Assembly (NCBI GenBank): GCA_035709005.1
Contig: DASTFB010000059.1
Location: forward strand, 13,472-77,471
DNA from: Candidatus Methylomirabilota bacterium
GTDB lineage: Bacteria > Methylomirabilota > Methylomirabilia > Rokubacteriales > CSP1-6
DNA: 64,000 bases
Reading direction: 5' to 3'
In this document: piece after piece, positions 61,212-64,000 of the stretch
Layout of the letters: each line of letters starts with the position of its first letter
How positions within the stretch are numbered: the stretch's first letter is position 1
Notes under the pieces: model-generated
What the model saw: only the letters and a program-made list of their open reading frames with translations
Told to the model about the DNA's origin: nothing
Database searches by the model: none
Made by a program: the position numbers and the translations under genes

Positions 61212-62237
61212 ATGGAGGCCCACGCCTCGCCGGTCGCCGGTCCGAGGGTGGAGCGAGCCCTGCGCGCGTGGGGCCCGTGGCTCCGCCGCTGGGGCATTTC
61301 CATGGTGTCCCTGGTCGGCGGCCTGCTCACTCTGTTCGTCTTTCGGCGCGAGCTGACGCACATCCGATGGTTCGTCGGCTCCATCCTGCTCATCTGGATC
61401 CTGTTCGCGGTGCTGACCCAGGTCCGGCAAGCCCTGGAGGCGCGCGGCCACCGCCTGGTCATCACCGCGGCCGACTACTTGATCCAGAGCCTGTACCACG
61501 GGGTGCTGCTGTTCCTGCTGCCCGTCTACTGGGCGAGCACCACGCTCACCTCGCTCAACGCGCCGTTCCTGGTGCTCATCGTGGTACTGGCGATCCTGGC
61601 GACGTTCGATCCCTGGTACCACGTCGTGGTGCACCCGCGGCCGTGGACCCGCTACGTCTTCTTCCTCGTTTCGATCTTTTGCGGGCTCAACCTGGCGCTG
61701 CCGCTGGTCGGCGTGCCGCCTCACCTGGCGCTGGCCGGCGCGGCCTGGGCCTCGGTCGGGGCCCTCACCCCGTCGGTGTGCCGGGCCCGTGGCTGGCGGT
61801 GGTGGTTCGGGCTGCGCACCATGGCCCTGGCCGGCGTCTTCGTGGCGGTGCTCACCTGGTGGGGGCGCGCGGTGCTTCCGCCGGTGCCCCTGTTCATCGC
61901 CGCCAAGACGATGGCCTGGGCCGTCGAGGGCGACTCCCTGGAGCCGGTGGACGGGCCCATCGCCGCCGCCGACCTTCGCCGGCGCGGTCTCATCGCCTAC
62001 ACCGCGGTCTACGCGCCCGCCGGGCTCAAGCAGAGTGTGCGGCACGTCTGGCGCCAGGAAGGTCGCGTCGTCGACGACGTGCGCCTGTCCCCCGTGCACG
62101 GCGGACGCCGGGAGGGCTTTCGCACGTACTCGCGGAAGACCTCGTTCCCGGCCGACCCGTCCGGACGGTGGGTGGTGGACGTCCTGACCGGTTCCGATCA
62201 GCTCGTCGGTCGCCTGCGCTTCACCGTCGTGCCCTGA
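61212..62237 (+). CDS. Membrane protein with C-terminal DUF2914-like beta domain
   Basis: About 7 TMs; YTAVYAP, HVW, GFRTYSRK, GRWVVDV.T..QL.G. Confidence 0.7.
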   Translation: MEAHASPVAGPRVERALRAWGPWLRRWGISMVSLVGGLLTLFVFRRELTHIRWFVGSILLIWILFAVLTQVRQALEARGHRLVITAADYLIQSLYHGVLLFLLPVYWASTTLTSLNAPFLVLIVVLAILATFDPWYHVVVHPRPWTRYVFFLVSIFCGLNLALPLVGVPPHLALAGAAWASVGALTPSVCRARGWRWWFGLRTMALAGVFVAVLTWWGRAVLPPVPLFIAAKTMAWAVEGDSLEPVDGPIAAADLRRRGLIAYTAVYAPAGLKQSVRHVWRQEGRVVDDVRLSPVHGGRREGFRTYSRKTSFPADPSGRWVVDVLTGSDQLVGRLRFTVVP

Positions 62238-63010
62238 TGCTCGACCTCGTCGATACCCACGCCCATCTGCACTTCCCGCAGTTCGCCGTCGACCTGCCCG
62301 AGACGCTGGCCCGGGCGCGCGCGGCCGGCGTCCGGCGCCTGGTGACCGTGGGCACCGACATCGCGGGCTCGGCGGCCGCCGTCGCCCTGGCCCAGGCCGA
62401 GCCCGACGTGTGGGCCACCGTGGGCATTCACCCCCACGACGCCGCCACTGGCGACGAGCCCACGTTCGCCGAGATCGCCCGCCTGGCCGCCGAGCCCCGC
62501 GTGGTGGCGATCGGCGAGATCGGCCTGGACTTCTTCCGCAACCTGGCCTCGCGCGACGACCAGGCGCGGGTCTTTCGGCGGCTGCTGGGCCTGGCCCGCA
62601 GCGCCGGCAAGCCGGTGGTGATCCACTGCCGCGACGCGCACGCCGAGGTCGTGCAGATCCTGACCGAGGAGAAAGTCCAGGAGATCGGCGGGATCATGCA
62701 CTGCTTCTCGGGCGATGTCGCCGTGGCCCGCCAGTGTCTGGACCTGGGGCTGGTCATCTCGCTGGCCGGACCTGTCACGTACCCCAACGCGCGGGCGCTG
62801 CCCACGGTGGCCCGGTTCGTGCCAGGCGATCGTCTGGTGATCGAGACCGACTGTCCGTTCCTGCCGCCGCAGGGGCATCGCGGACAGCGTAACGAGCCGG
62901 CGCACCTCGCCATCACCGCGGCGCGGGTGGCCGAGTTGCGAGGCGTGCCGGTCGAGGCGCTGGCTCGCGAGCTCACCGCCAACGCCTGCCGCGTGCTGGG
63001 CCTGCCGTGA
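62237..63010 (+). CDS. tatD: TatD-family deoxyribonuclease
   Basis: DTHAH, GIHPH, GEIGLD, IHCR, MHCFSG, IETDCP. Confidence 0.94.
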   Translation: MLDLVDTHAHLHFPQFAVDLPETLARARAAGVRRLVTVGTDIAGSAAAVALAQAEPDVWATVGIHPHDAATGDEPTFAEIARLAAEPRVVAIGEIGLDFFRNLASRDDQARVFRRLLGLARSAGKPVVIHCRDAHAEVVQILTEEKVQEIGGIMHCFSGDVAVARQCLDLGLVISLAGPVTYPNARALPTVARFVPGDRLVIETDCPFLPPQGHRGQRNEPAHLAITAARVAELRGVPVEALARELTANACRVLGLP

Positions 63011-63930
63011 CGCTGCGAGACCTCGGCTTTTTCTTGAGAGGCCGACTCAATCAAGGGGTGACGCGGGTCCTGAACCTGCGCCAGCCCTCCGCGCCGCCGC
63101 CCGCCCCGCTCCACGAGGTCCTGCACGGGGCCGGCGGGCCCCTGGCGCTGGCCGGGCTGGTGGCCGGACGATCCAACGCCGAGCGCGAGGCGGCGGTGGC
63201 CGCCTATCTGGTGGCCCACGGCGTCGAGTTCGCCCGGCACCGCTTCGCCACCTTCGAAGGTCGCGGCGAAAACTTCAGCGTCGACCTGGGCAGCGGCGAG
63301 CGCGTGCTCGTGCTGATCGCCCACCACGACGCGGTCCCGGGCAGCCCCGGCGCCAACGACAACGGGGCGGCCGTCGGCATCCTCCTGCACCTGCTGGACC
63401 GGCTCGGCTCCCGCGTGCCACCCGGGCTGCGTGTGCGCGTGCTGTTCACGGCAGCGGAGGAGCTGGGGTACCTGGGCGCCCGGGCCTACGTCCGCGACAC
63501 CGAGCTCGCCGACATCGTCGGCGTGCTCAGCCTGGAGCTGTGCGGCATCGGCGATAGCCTGGCCGTCTGGGACGTCACCGGGGAGTCCGGCTTTCTCAGG
63601 TCGATCACCGGCGCCCTCGATGGCCTGGGCCTTCGCCGCGACGAGAGCTATCACGTCGTGGGCCGGATCCCGGTGTTCGGCAGCGATCATCGGGCCTTCG
63701 CGGCGGCGGGCATTCCCGCTTATGGCCTGACCATGGTGCCCGCGCGCGAAGCCGAAGCCCTCCGGCGCTTCGTGTTGAGCCCGGCGCGCAGCGCATTCCG
63801 GAACCTCGTGCGCCGGCCGCCCCCTTTCGACACCTACCACACGAGCCGTGACGGCCTCCGGACGCTGCAGGCGCCGGCGCTCCAGCGGGTAGGGCTCGCG
63901 CTGGAGGTCCTCGTGGACGCGCTGGGGTGA
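63007..63930 (+). CDS. M28-family metallopeptidase
   Basis: AHHD, GANDNGAA, AEELG, SDH, YHTSRD. Confidence 0.82.
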   Translation: MTLRDLGFFLRGRLNQGVTRVLNLRQPSAPPPAPLHEVLHGAGGPLALAGLVAGRSNAEREAAVAAYLVAHGVEFARHRFATFEGRGENFSVDLGSGERVLVLIAHHDAVPGSPGANDNGAAVGILLHLLDRLGSRVPPGLRVRVLFTAAEELGYLGARAYVRDTELADIVGVLSLELCGIGDSLAVWDVTGESGFLRSITGALDGLGLRRDESYHVVGRIPVFGSDHRAFAAAGIPAYGLTMVPAREAEALRRFVLSPARSAFRNLVRRPPPFDTYHTSRDGLRTLQAPALQRVGLALEVLVDALG

Positions 63931-64000
63931 CCAGCGCCCCTTTCGACGGCATCGCGGCCGTCATCTTCGACATGGACGGCGTCCTCGTGGATTCCGAGCC
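63927..64000 (+). CDS. HAD-family hydrolase, 3'-truncated by the window edge
   Basis: VIFDMDGVLVDSE (HAD motif I). Confidence 0.8.
   Translation, partial: MTSAPFDGIAAVIFDMDGVLVDSE

Overview
High-GC bacterial chromosomal window with no rRNA, tRNA or CRISPR array seen. A Rokubacteria-like origin is my guess from composition and repeat style, not demonstrated. Housekeeping blocks sit at both ends: tig-clpP-clpX, rsmI, thiD, tatC and a DEAD-box helicase on the left; moaC, acuC-like, tmk-holB-yaaT-metG-tatD on the right. The middle holds (1) a DUF222/HNH element with internal palindromes and a structured upstream leader, (2) a small membrane gene with an in-frame UGA that looks like a selenocysteine codon, (3) a ~15.5 kb solute-sensing cassette, (4) an Mrp-type antiporter operon lacking MrpA, and (5) a tungstate/molybdate uptake cluster wrapped around a xanthine-dehydrogenase-family enzyme. 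The cassette has two SLC5 transporter-histidine kinase fusions, a sigma54 activator, a lone receiver, a degenerate-kinase/DEDDh exonuclease fusion, a CBS-DUF294 nucleotidyltransferase, and an SLC5 transporter behind a sigma54+IHF promoter. Two genes (a cyclase and a MOT-type transporter) appear collapsed to N- and C-terminal stubs. All family assignments come from motif recognition by eye; no searches were run.
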